37,579 bases of DNA from a virus. Lineage: Duplodnaviria > Caudoviricetes. Positions 1 to 9,586 of this stretch are shown here, piece by piece. Both the position numbers and the translations under genes were made by a program. The DNA lies in the IMG/VR virus record IMGVR_UViG_3300025637_000029, positions 1 to 37,579 of that record, one strand, 5' to 3'. Below the pieces are notes generated by a model. It searched no databases and was not told the origin of the DNA. It saw only the letters and a list, made by a program, of their open reading frames with translations. Position 1 is the stretch's first letter. The number at the start of each line of letters is the position of its first letter.

Positions 1-7
1 ATATTCA

Positions 8-448
8 TTAAATTTTTTCATCTATATAATTTCTATATTCACTTGTGTTATGTTCAGGTTTATTTTTACCTGTAAAATCTTTGTACCCTCTAGCAGCTAA
101 TTTACCAGATCTAATACCTTTGATAGCCAGTTTTGTAGCAGGTTTACTTAATTTACGCAATTTTAAAACCTTTAATACATCACCAAACGGTAGCATTGAT
201 ACTGCACTAATACCAGCGTTCATTAAATTGCGTTTAACACCATCACTCTCCTTAGCTAAAGCAGCGCTTAGTAGAGATATTACAACATTTGCACCATCAG
301 CAATAGTACCAACAGTAGGGTCCAACCCAATAACATCTAAAGCGGTTTGAAGAGCTGCGATATTTTTAAGTTTATCTTTTTCAGCTTCCTGTAAATATTC
401 TTCACGTAAGATTTTTAACTTTTTATCAAATAACCGTTCTTTTTTCAT
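8..448 (-). CDS. Late protein with pre-toxin (PT-TG-like) hydrophobic motif
   Basis: ALDVIGLDPTVGTIADGANVVISLL...NAGISAVSMLPFGD resembles the conserved segment preceding toxin tips in polymorphic toxins; preceded by TATAAATA-N6-ATG. Confidence 0.55.
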   Translation of the reverse strand: MKKERLFDKKLKILREEYLQEAEKDKLKNIAALQTALDVIGLDPTVGTIADGANVVISLLSAALAKESDGVKRNLMNAGISAVSMLPFGDVLKVLKLRKLSKPATKLAIKGIRSGKLAARGYKDFTGKNKPEHNTSEYRNYIDEKI

Positions 449-449
449 T

Positions 450-2228
450 TTAATTATTTATATTTTTAACCTTACTTATACCATTTTCTTTTTCAATAAT
501 GATAACATCACCAGTTGCTCTACTCTGCAACTCTTTTCTATGAGTAATCAGATAGATAGATTTATTCTCAGCCTTACATTTATCCAATAGGATGTCAACA
601 ACATAATTAACCCCGTCAGAATCTAACGCTGAATCAACTAATTCATCAAAACATAACATATTCGTATCAAATTTACCCTGAAGTCGCTGCAAATCCATAA
701 ATGAAAACATTATAGCGATGTCAATATTACGCCTTTCACCACTTGAAAAATTAAAATAAGAACATTCTTGGCGTTTATCGTTGATAATATTCTCTTCAAA
801 GAATTCATCAAACGTTAAAACACAGTTAGCATTTAATTTATCTAGATAATGATTAATTCTTTGGTTAAAAATACTTAACAATTGATTTACAATATACGCT
901 TTAACACCGTTTTCACCACAAATAAACTTAATTTGATCGAGTATTTCGATTTCTTTAGTTGATTCATCAATATCATCACATAATATAACTAAATCCTTTT
1001 CAACCTTTACAATAACTACACCTATTTCATTAACTTCGCATTTAATCGATTTAGCATCATTTATTAATTTTGTGATGTACTTATAACAATCATCGATTTT
1101 ACTTTTTATAACATCATTTTTATTATTGATTGATTTAATCTTATCAATCTTATCAATAGTCTGGTCATACTTTTCGGTAATTTTAATAATCACCTTTCTT
1201 ATTTTTTCAATTTTAACACCAACCTCATACCCTTTATTAGACAAGTCATCAATGTCGTTTTGGATATCACGCTCATGTTTAGACACATGACCAACATCAT
1301 CATCAGACATATCTCTATTACAAGTAGGACATACACCAGACTTAAATAATTTATCTAATTGTTTTTTATACCCTCTAATTTCAACTTCATATGTTGTCAA
1401 TTCAGTTTTCGATTCGGATAATTTATCATTAGCGATACTTAACTTATTTTTTAGCTCCTTTAAATTGTCTGATAGGTTATTAATCAATAAACTATCAACA
1501 TCTTGAACACTATCTTCTAATTTAGTCTTATTATTACGACTAGTTAAGATATCCTTTTTAATTTTTTCAATCTTAACTCGTTTATTTTCTTCAAATTTTT
1601 CAGACTGTTCCTTATAAATTACAAGATTATTAACCTTTTCGGTTTTTTTAGACTGTAACGATGTTAAAGATTTCATAACATCGTTATAATCTTTACGAAC
1701 ATCTTTAAGAATGTCCGAAAAAACATTCATATCAAATATACCTTCGATAAACTTACGCTTCTCGATCTTAGTTTGTGCCATAAATGGGACAGTTTGGTTA
1801 ACCCCCATTATAACACAATTTTTAATAACATCTTCAGATACACCTAAGATTTTGCTAATATCTTCTTGGGTATTTGCTATACTATCTCTAGTAACATCTT
1901 TACCATTATGATGCAGCTCAATTGATGATGGCTTAAGCCTCCGAACGATCTTATACGTGTCTACACCTTTAGAAAATTCTAGTACGATCTCTGTACCCTT
2001 TTTTGTCTTCTTATTGACAACATCATTTTTATTTAGACCTCTAATAGTTTTACCGAAAAGAGCAAAATAAATAGCTTCTATTATAGTCGATTTTCCAGCA
2101 CCATTGCTACGATCCTTGTCTTTATTCTCACCAAGAATAATGCTCAAACCATCGTTAATATTTAACTCAACGGGTTGAGCACCTACAGATAAGAAATTAG
2201 TTACTGTTACTTTTTTAAAATTAATCAT
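450..2228 (-). CDS. gp46: Recombination endonuclease ATPase subunit, gp46/SbcC/Rad50-like
   Basis: NFLSVG start, Walker A SNGAGKST, long coiled coil with zinc hook CPTC, signature FSSGE, Walker B LCFDE, H-loop LITH. Confidence 0.95.
   Translation of the reverse strand: MINFKKVTVTNFLSVGAQPVELNINDGLSIILGENKDKDRSNGAGKSTIIEAIYFALFGKTIRGLNKNDVVNKKTKKGTEIVLEFSKGVDTYKIVRRLKPSSIELHHNGKDVTRDSIANTQEDISKILGVSEDVIKNCVIMGVNQTVPFMAQTKIEKRKFIEGIFDMNVFSDILKDVRKDYNDVMKSLTSLQSKKTEKVNNLVIYKEQSEKFEENKRVKIEKIKKDILTSRNNKTKLEDSVQDVDSLLINNLSDNLKELKNKLSIANDKLSESKTELTTYEVEIRGYKKQLDKLFKSGVCPTCNRDMSDDDVGHVSKHERDIQNDIDDLSNKGYEVGVKIEKIRKVIIKITEKYDQTIDKIDKIKSINNKNDVIKSKIDDCYKYITKLINDAKSIKCEVNEIGVVIVKVEKDLVILCDDIDESTKEIEILDQIKFICGENGVKAYIVNQLLSIFNQRINHYLDKLNANCVLTFDEFFEENIINDKRQECSYFNFSSGERRNIDIAIMFSFMDLQRLQGKFDTNMLCFDELVDSALDSDGVNYVVDILLDKCKAENKSIYLITHRKELQSRATGDVIIIEKENGISKVKNINN
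455..462 (-). promoter_or_regulatory. T4-type late promoter TATAAATA
   Basis: Minus strand TATAAATA-ATTAAA-ATG(448), embedded in the 3' end of gp46. Confidence 0.75.
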
Positions 2229-2244
2229 ATTATAATATCTTTAC

Positions 2245-2272
2245 ATTATAATACATCAACTAAATAAATCAA
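2245..2272 (-). promoter_or_regulatory. sigma70-like promoter upstream of gp46
   Basis: Minus strand TTGATT-N16-TATAAT in the gap before gp46. Confidence 0.5.
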
Positions 2273-2276
2273 GCAT

Positions 2277-3161
2277 TTATTTGATAAGATACTTTTTAAG
2301 ATTATTAAATAATAAACCATTTGAAATCTCTTCTTTATTCCATTGGCTATATGCCATAGCATTAAACCACTTCTGTTTAATTTCTTGATCTGGTTTAAAA
2401 TCTATATCCCAATCACCATCTATATCTGATACTAATTCATGAAACATCGAATTCTTTGACGCAACAACTGGGATACCGTTAATAATAAAATGAACTAACG
2501 ATGTAGAACAATACGAGAAAACACACCTATATTTATTTTTTACATCAAGTGTTTCAATACGATTAGTTGATCTATCAACCATCACACCCATTTGTGACAA
2601 TTGGTCCATAAATAATTTCTGTTTGGACATATGAGCTGCGTGAGGGTGTGGTTTATAAACAATTTGATTAGGGTATTTTTCATTAAGTTTAACAATAATA
2701 CGTCTAGACCAACTTATAAGATCATCTTCACCCATACCATGTGAAACATCACCAGGGATTTGTCCCATAAATGCAATTAAACCATCTTTTTTAGAATAAT
2801 CTCCATAATCAAGACATAATTCATCAAATCTTGATGAATCACCTCGTTTATCTATATTCAACCATTTTTCATCATAGATACCGCAACGAAAATACCCGTC
2901 ATTAGTCATAGGGGTTTCTGTTCTTTTAATCATACCTAAATCAAATACTAATGTAGGTACATTGAGTTCATCTCTTACATGTTTTAATGTGTTACTTAAA
3001 CCCCACCCAAAGGCTATATCATATTTGATATTCGGTATTTTAGATATTTTATTATCACATATTTTATGAACTATATGACCGTTTTTTTCAAAATAGTTTT
3101 TAAGAAGATCTGATATATAAACGCCCTCATCCCAGTATCTAGAATGTGTAAAAATTTCCAT
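2277..3161 (-). CDS. Putative glycosyltransferase, capsule-synthesis (KpsS/KpsC-like) GT-B fold
   Basis: GQIPGDVS, YKPHP, STS..FIINGIPV and YSQW motifs; lies in a glycosyltransferase cluster. Confidence 0.55.
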   Translation of the reverse strand: MEIFTHSRYWDEGVYISDLLKNYFEKNGHIVHKICDNKISKIPNIKYDIAFGWGLSNTLKHVRDELNVPTLVFDLGMIKRTETPMTNDGYFRCGIYDEKWLNIDKRGDSSRFDELCLDYGDYSKKDGLIAFMGQIPGDVSHGMGEDDLISWSRRIIVKLNEKYPNQIVYKPHPHAAHMSKQKLFMDQLSQMGVMVDRSTNRIETLDVKNKYRCVFSYCSTSLVHFIINGIPVVASKNSMFHELVSDIDGDWDIDFKPDQEIKQKWFNAMAYSQWNKEEISNGLLFNNLKKYLIK

Positions 3162-3742
3162 TATCTTACAGCAATAATGTTTTCAGGGTTTCGTAACACA
3201 ACCTTAAAATCATACTTAGCTAGTAATGATGTCATTTCCTTATAATATGTATCATGTTCAACACATATCATTTTAAGATTCGTAAGTTTTTCAAATGGGA
3301 TATGTTGTATAACATCCAAATTATTGCTCTCAACATCTAAACTAATGAAATCAAAGTCATAACCATATTGATCGAATAACATATTCGGAGTGATAGTTTC
3401 AACTTCAGATTCAGTAAACTTATGTTTATTCCATTTGATTAAATGTTTTTCCTCGATTGTTGACAGAGCATCACTAGTATAGAAAAATTTAACAAACCCA
3501 CTGGTTGATGAAATCGCTTTTTCACAAAGCTGAATACGGGGTTCATCATCAATTTGACGTTTAAGAACTTCGATACGTGGTGGAGAAGGTTCAACCATTA
3601 CCCCAGACCACCCTTTTTCGAATAACGCTCTAGTATTTGAAAGAGCGAATGCATCAAATGCTCCGATATCAAGAAATTTCCCATCGTTAATTTTTGCAAA
3701 TTTTTGCAAAATTATTTTCTCTTCGTTGTTTTGTGAATACAT
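3161..3742 (-). CDS. FkbM-family SAM-dependent methyltransferase
   Basis: YSQ..E start, FLDIGAFD..SNT, GWSGVMVEP, DFISLDVE, ICVEH. Confidence 0.9.
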   Translation of the reverse strand: MYSQNNEEKIILQKFAKINDGKFLDIGAFDAFALSNTRALFEKGWSGVMVEPSPPRIEVLKRQIDDEPRIQLCEKAISSTSGFVKFFYTSDALSTIEEKHLIKWNKHKFTESEVETITPNMLFDQYGYDFDFISLDVESNNLDVIQHIPFEKLTNLKMICVEHDTYYKEMTSLLAKYDFKVVLRNPENIIAVR

Positions 3743-3758
3743 AGTTTTTTAAATTTAG

Positions 3759-4982
3759 TTATTTTTTATAATTTTCGAACAAATACATATATATTGGATC
3801 GTTTATTAAAACTTCGCTTTTCAAATATTTATAGACTCGTCTACTAAAATCAGCATCTTCTCCATATAATATACTTTCATCAAATCCACCAACTTTAAAG
3901 ATATGTTCGCGTCTAATTGGATTTAAATGATTAGGAGTTCTTTCATAACATATATCATTTTCACCCCATTCTTTATATTTAATTGAATGTATAAACTCTT
4001 TTCTATAAACATTATCAAAATACATTTTACCAGTTATACCAACTACATCTGGTCTCGTTAAAGTCGATTTAATAATGTTATCAACATAATCATCAGTTAT
4101 TAAATCATCATCATCAATAAAACATATATACTCACCTAAAGATTTATTAAGTAAATGATTCCTCTTTTCAGGTATAGTTAATTGACCGTCATCGGCACAT
4201 ATTTTTAATTCAATATTTTTACCAGATATTTGTTCGTTTAGAGTCTTTAATAATTTATTTAATAAAGGTCGTCTAGAATTTAATGAGCATATCAATATTG
4301 ATAATAAAGGAACGTCTTTAATTCTTTCACAAAATGGTAATTTAGACCTCCTATCATATGTTTTTTTATCTATACCCGATTTGGAATTAACAACGTTATC
4401 ATGAATATCAGCACATCTACCATTAGTAGTCCAGTGTTTATGTTCGAATTTAGGTGACAATGGGTTATTATCGATATGTAATAAATTTAAATATTTTACA
4501 TTATCGAATAATTCATTATCAGAATATAAATGATAATACGCTGGGTGATATATGTAACCATTTAGAGCTTTAAGTGTAAAACCATCAATAATAGGTATAC
4601 TTAAAATACTGTCCCTACCACCATCATTTAAACCATCAATTTTTACACTCAACGCACCTACGTGATTTTTATAAAAATCACGTAAATATTTATCCCAATG
4701 TTTAGGTGGATAAAAATCATCAGACATAACGACTATTATATCATCATCATTAACTTGTCTTACGAGATCTCTAGTCAATGTAGTAAGTGGTTTAGTTACA
4801 CCACCAGCTTTTATACCATAAATCTCACAATCATACTCATCGGTCAAAAGTTTTTGGTGATCAACATTATCAACAATAACCTTTGTCATTACATCATTAT
4901 AATTATAACTTTTAGATTTCCAACATTTTTCAGTTTTTTTATAATCATCTGGTCTAATCGTAGCGCTAATTAAATATATCAT
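3759..4982 (-). CDS. Two-domain GT-A (GT2-like) glycosyltransferase
   Basis: N-domain VVMSDDF and YSDNE; C-domain LLSILIC...KRN...GEYICFIDDDD...GEDADF. Confidence 0.85.
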   Translation of the reverse strand: MIYLISATIRPDDYKKTEKCWKSKSYNYNDVMTKVIVDNVDHQKLLTDEYDCEIYGIKAGGVTKPLTTLTRDLVRQVNDDDIIVVMSDDFYPPKHWDKYLRDFYKNHVGALSVKIDGLNDGGRDSILSIPIIDGFTLKALNGYIYHPAYYHLYSDNELFDNVKYLNLLHIDNNPLSPKFEHKHWTTNGRCADIHDNVVNSKSGIDKKTYDRRSKLPFCERIKDVPLLSILICSLNSRRPLLNKLLKTLNEQISGKNIELKICADDGQLTIPEKRNHLLNKSLGEYICFIDDDDLITDDYVDNIIKSTLTRPDVVGITGKMYFDNVYRKEFIHSIKYKEWGENDICYERTPNHLNPIRREHIFKVGGFDESILYGEDADFSRRVYKYLKSEVLINDPIYMYLFENYKK

Positions 4983-5895
4983 TTTTTAAAATCTCATTTA
5001 CAACATTTTTAGGAAAAACCGAATCTAGGTTAACGGGGGGGTTTTTATTTTCCACGGAATTTACTTCACCTTTATTATTAATATCATATATTCTAGCTGG
5101 TTTACCACACAACCAACCTTCAAACACTGTTCTACCCAACATCACGCTAGCTACCTCATATGCGTTTTTAACATAACCCTCAATATCCCAAGTGGGTTCA
5201 AAAGTTTTAACCCACGGTTCTAAGAAGTTTGGATAATCTCTACCAACTAACCACAACTCTTTACCATGTTCTTTACTATATTTGATTAAATCTGATATAG
5301 TATTAGTCCTCAAATAATCATATGATCCAACAAACAATATATAATCATCGTTTTTAGTATCATCAGTATTAAATCTAGTCACGTCAATAGGGTTATATAC
5401 AACTTTAATTTTTTCAGAACAAATACCCCATTCTTTGATTAAATAATCTTTAATCTGTGGTCTAATAGCTATATACCCTTTAACATTAGGGTGTTCAATA
5501 GGGTGTTCATATTCAGGTAACACCTCGGAATGGATTATATTTATAGCTGGCGCATCATATAGATCCAATACAACTTTAGATATAGCTGGATGATTTAATA
5601 GAATCAAATCATACCCACGTTCGTTTGATGTTTTATAAAATTTATTACATTTAGTTAATTCAGGTTTACCATTTATAATAATTTTACGTACACCGTCACC
5701 TAGAAAATAATTAGGTGGAGATTTGATATCATAACAATTTACACCAAATTGTTCAACTCGATCAACCAAATCTCCACCGATGTTAGATATAATATCAACA
5801 TCATTATCTTTTGATAGCTGTTTAGCTAGTTCGTAAACATAAAGCTCAGAACCAGTATACGATTTAAACGAAAGACATGATATTAATATTTTCAT
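4966..5895 (-). CDS. GT-B (GT4-like) glycosyltransferase
   Basis: MKILI..GSELYVYELAKQL, VVYNPIDVTRF, ILFVG, GRTVFEGWLCGKP. Confidence 0.85.
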   Translation of the reverse strand: MKILISCLSFKSYTGSELYVYELAKQLSKDNDVDIISNIGGDLVDRVEQFGVNCYDIKSPPNYFLGDGVRKIIINGKPELTKCNKFYKTSNERGYDLILLNHPAISKVVLDLYDAPAINIIHSEVLPEYEHPIEHPNVKGYIAIRPQIKDYLIKEWGICSEKIKVVYNPIDVTRFNTDDTKNDDYILFVGSYDYLRTNTISDLIKYSKEHGKELWLVGRDYPNFLEPWVKTFEPTWDIEGYVKNAYEVASVMLGRTVFEGWLCGKPARIYDINNKGEVNSVENKNPPVNLDSVFPKNVVNEILKNDIFN

Positions 5896-6108
5896 TTATA
5901 GAGCGAATGTTCCGCAATTAAGTGAAGTGACAGTACCTTTATTCATTTTTAAACTCTCACCAGTATTTACATCAGTAATAGTCATATAATGATCACTTTC
6001 GGATACTAACTTAGCACAATATCTTTTAGTCTTATTTCTAACTTTCCGCTCAACCGTGAAAAATTTACCTTGGACATGTCGTTTAATATTATTTAGTTTT
6101 TTCGTCAT
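5896..6108 (-). CDS. Small basic hypothetical protein
   Basis: 70-aa ORF tightly packed between gp47 and the glycosyltransferase on the same strand. Confidence 0.7.
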   Translation of the reverse strand: MTKKLNNIKRHVQGKFFTVERKVRNKTKRYCAKLVSESDHYMTITDVNTGESLKMNKGTVTSLNCGTFAL

Positions 6109-7120
6109 AGTATTGTTTAAACTTTAATTTGATTTCCGATTTATATTTAATGTCAGACATTAAATCAATAAAATCATCTATAGATTTTTCTACATTAAGT
6201 TCAGATATATTAACAGATATATCATTTTTGTCAAGCGTATTTTTGATAGTTAAGTCATCTACAATCAAATTTTTAACGTTAGACGATTTGATTTTAATAA
6301 TCAATTTTTCTAACAAGTGTTCGCTAATATCTTCATCTATAATCAATTTTACATAATTGTTTTTAATAATACTTAAATCAAATTGTTTTATTTTTGATAA
6401 TTTGACTTGAATAAATTTAGGGTAGTCATCAGAGTTTTTAACAAATTTACACTCACCTGTTTCAAAATCTAGAATATGAAAGCCATTATCGTTACCAACA
6501 TCATTAAAATCATGCTGAATAGGACTACCAACATAAGTAATTGAACCAGTCTTATAATCCTTCTTTTGAAATTTATGAAAATGTCCAGTATATACATCAG
6601 CTTGAGACTTTAATATATGATTAGAATCAACACCACCGTTACATATCGTATAATTATTCATTTTAAAATTATTAATTTCAAAATGACCAAATACATAATC
6701 ACATTTAGATACTGTTTCACAACCCCAAGGGACTACTGTGATATTTTTAGAATTATTAGGGGTGTTTAACTTAGTTACTTTATCATAAACTGTTACATTT
6801 TCCCACCCTTTGAACATCTGTAACGAATGTACATCAGAATTATCTTTAAAATAACAGTCATGATTACCAGTCAGGATATGTACATGTATATCTTTAGGAA
6901 ACATGGACATAATCTCAGATGAAATATCTAAAGCTTTTACACTGATCTCATCTCTATAATGGTGCCAATCTCCTAATACGAATACATGTTTTATTTTAAG
7001 AGTGTTTAAATGTACAATTAAATCTTCAAACCATTTAATTGTACATTTAAAAAAATCATCAGAATTTTTATTAACCCCAATATGTACGTCACCGATTAAC
7101 GCTACTTTATTACCAATCAT
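6089..7120 (-). CDS. gp47: Recombination nuclease subunit, gp47/SbcD/Mre11-like
   Basis: Metallophosphoesterase motifs GDVHIG, LGDW, GNHD, FGH, TGHFH, YVGSP; start moved to ATG at 7120 (MIGNKVAL). Confidence 0.93.
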   Translation of the reverse strand: MIGNKVALIGDVHIGVNKNSDDFFKCTIKWFEDLIVHLNTLKIKHVFVLGDWHHYRDEISVKALDISSEIMSMFPKDIHVHILTGNHDCYFKDNSDVHSLQMFKGWENVTVYDKVTKLNTPNNSKNITVVPWGCETVSKCDYVFGHFEINNFKMNNYTICNGGVDSNHILKSQADVYTGHFHKFQKKDYKTGSITYVGSPIQHDFNDVGNDNGFHILDFETGECKFVKNSDDYPKFIQVKLSKIKQFDLSIIKNNYVKLIIDEDISEHLLEKLIIKIKSSNVKNLIVDDLTIKNTLDKNDISVNISELNVEKSIDDFIDLMSDIKYKSEIKLKFKQYYDEKTK

Positions 7121-7685
7121 TTTCAGTTTTATGCTCACCACTCTCTTGACGAGGGATACAATAGTCTATCTCATAATCAGTGAAAACTTTTTCCCTATGT
7201 TCACTTAGCTTCTCATTATCTTTCTTTTCTTTTTTCAGTCTACCGTTAAAAGCGTTCCAAGCTGTTCGTGTAAAATACCCAAATACATTATTTTGTTCGA
7301 CTAATGATTCAACTTTATTATTATTTTCATCGTATATCAAATCCATATCATCATCAACTTGATAAATAACATCGCCATCAACAGTAAGTTTCACTTTACC
7401 CAATTCTTCATCAGCGATAACTTTACAGCTACCTTCGATAACCGATTTACATATCCTCCAAACAGCATCTGAATACATTTCAGCACCCCAAGGGTTACCT
7501 TCATTAAAATAATTAATGTAATTGGGCATATGAGAAATACCATCAACGATTTTTTTAATATAAATACCTAATTGATCAGTAAATACACTAGTTTCGACGT
7601 ATATTTTTATCTCAGCAACTAATTCATCATTGGAAACATAATATTTTCCAGGTTTTCTACCCCTCTTCTCTTTTTTATTTTTCAT
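7110..7685 (-). CDS. gp55: Late transcription sigma factor, gp55-like
   Basis: YVSNDEL, LG..I.KI..GISHMPNYINY, EMYSDA, NVFGYFTR..WNAF..RLKKEKK; adjacent to gp47 as in T4-like phages; TATAAATA boxes occur throughout the window. Confidence 0.85.
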   Translation of the reverse strand: MKNKKEKRGRKPGKYYVSNDELVAEIKIYVETSVFTDQLGIYIKKIVDGISHMPNYINYFNEGNPWGAEMYSDAVWRICKSVIEGSCKVIADEELGKVKLTVDGDVIYQVDDDMDLIYDENNNKVESLVEQNNVFGYFTRTAWNAFNGRLKKEKKDNEKLSEHREKVFTDYEIDYCIPRQESGEHKTENDW

Positions 7686-9138
7686 ATACGTTAAATTCCT
7701 TATACTCTATCTTTTGGTTATCATAGATCTTTTTCCTAACTTCGGACTGTTTTTTACTAAATACCAAATTATCACACAAGTCAAACAAATTAAACACCTC
7801 TTTGTTTTCATGTAACCGCAAACCTCGACCAATTGATTGGATAGTTTTATTCCAAGCTTTACCTATAAGGTAAAATACAGCATAAGGTAAATTATTAATC
7901 GAAATACCTGTTGAGAATATTTTTGACATAGCGATACAAATTATATTGTTTGCAGATTCCATCTCTAAAATAATTTTAGATCGTTCTTCAACTGGCATAG
8001 ACCCTCTAATAAAATACACCTTTTTATCAACAATGTCATTAAACAGATTTTCTAAAATTTCACCTTGTTCAATCCTATCAACTAGAACTAGAACATTACC
8101 ATCTATTTTAGATACAATATTTTTTAATTTTTGATTTCTAAAATCACATGTCGTGATGAAATCAACTTCATTGTTATAATTTTCAACATCTTCAGCATCC
8201 TTATCATAAATTTCTTCAAAAGGTGTATTATGATTAAAGTAAACCATTTTAATCTGAACTTTAGTTAAATAATTTTCGTCTCTTAGAGATTTTGATGTTT
8301 TTTCATAAAAAGGTTTACCGAAAAAACCATAAACCTTATCACTCTCGTAAGTGTTATCAGGTAATGATCCAGTAAATCCAAACACCGCTTTATACTTATA
8401 ACTTTTTATCAAAACAGTAGCCTTTGGCTCTGGTTCATTACCAAATAAATGAACCTCATCATAGAAAATATAATCAACTGTTTTAAAGAAATGATCATAT
8501 TCAGATGAACGCTCTTTAGATGACTGTAAAAATCCAGTATTAACTATGACAACGTTTGTGCTTTCATTTAATTCGTTTTTACCAGACCATTTAGAGCAAG
8601 AAAAACTACATTGGTATGTAGTAAAGTCATCAGTCATTTGCTCAATAAGGCTTAAATTAGGGACAACTAACATAGCTTTGAATGATTCACCATCATTTTT
8701 ATACAAAGTCTCCAATAAGGTAGCTATGATGAGACTTTTACCGCCACCTGTACCAACTAAACATAAACCAGATCCATTATCTAAAGCATTTTTAACCGAA
8801 TCTAATTGGTAATCACGTAATTTGTATTTTTTATTAGGGACTTCAACTAGCTCACATTCAATTTGCTTAGATAGTATACTCCTAACTCGGTCTGTTATAT
8901 CAAGGTTAGCGTCCCAACCCTCGGATCGAATAAATTTCATAACATTCCACAATAAACCAATATCACAATAACCCTTCATGGTTATACTATATAACCTTTT
9001 AGGTAATCTGGAATACTTAGTAAACCTAGCAGCTGGATTATCATACGAGAAATGGTTTCTCAATGTCATGAAGTAAGGGCTATCTATATCGATAACACAT
9101 CTACGGTCTTTTAGAAAAGTAACTTTAATTTTATCCAT
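7675..9138 (-). CDS. uvsW: SF2 DNA helicase UvsW
   Basis: LRDYQ, GTGGGKS, DEVH, GFTGS, FSTGISI, QSIGRGLR. Confidence 0.92.
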   Translation of the reverse strand: MDKIKVTFLKDRRCVIDIDSPYFMTLRNHFSYDNPAARFTKYSRLPKRLYSITMKGYCDIGLLWNVMKFIRSEGWDANLDITDRVRSILSKQIECELVEVPNKKYKLRDYQLDSVKNALDNGSGLCLVGTGGGKSLIIATLLETLYKNDGESFKAMLVVPNLSLIEQMTDDFTTYQCSFSCSKWSGKNELNESTNVVIVNTGFLQSSKERSSEYDHFFKTVDYIFYDEVHLFGNEPEPKATVLIKSYKYKAVFGFTGSLPDNTYESDKVYGFFGKPFYEKTSKSLRDENYLTKVQIKMVYFNHNTPFEEIYDKDAEDVENYNNEVDFITTCDFRNQKLKNIVSKIDGNVLVLVDRIEQGEILENLFNDIVDKKVYFIRGSMPVEERSKIILEMESANNIICIAMSKIFSTGISINNLPYAVFYLIGKAWNKTIQSIGRGLRLHENKEVFNLFDLCDNLVFSKKQSEVRKKIYDNQKIEYKEFNVYEK

Positions 9139-9569
9139 TACATTTCATCCATTTTGATAGTGTCTACCAAATTTTTAATATCAAAACCAATACTTTGGAT
9201 ATTCTTCAAAGAATCATCAAAATATTCGCACAATAAAGTTAATATTGAAATCTTATTATCTAATTCCCTGAAGTTAGAACTTTTCCTAAGAATATATTCA
9301 GCACCTTTTAATGATACTGGATTTCCATCATCTTCCCTTTTCTGTTTTACAATCGAAATACCCTCATCTAACAACTCTTCTCGTTGCCTTTTCAACTTAA
9401 GTAATTTAGCGTAATTAACAGCTTTATATGACGCCCACTTACCCTTAATACCAGGGACTTTCAACTCAACTTCTCTTAATCTAAAGTCATCTAGAACAGT
9501 ATCCTCGTGGTACTCTTTAGAATATCGCTCTAATATATCTAAAATATCTTCTGGTATTGGTTCACTCAT
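9138..9569 (-). CDS. uvsY: Recombination mediator UvsY-like
   Basis: 143-aa helical protein directly upstream of uvsW; C-terminal GFDIKNLV motif. Confidence 0.7.
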   Translation of the reverse strand: MSEPIPEDILDILERYSKEYHEDTVLDDFRLREVELKVPGIKGKWASYKAVNYAKLLKLKRQREELLDEGISIVKQKREDDGNPVSLKGAEYILRKSSNFRELDNKISILTLLCEYFDDSLKNIQSIGFDIKNLVDTIKMDEM

Positions 9570-9572
9570 ATG

Positions 9573-9580
9573 TATAAATA
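9573..9580 (+). promoter_or_regulatory. T4-type late promoter TATAAATA
   Basis: TATAAATA-ATTAAA-ATG(9587), identical 17-mer to the one before ORF 448. Confidence 0.8.
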
Positions 9581-9586
9581 ATTAAA

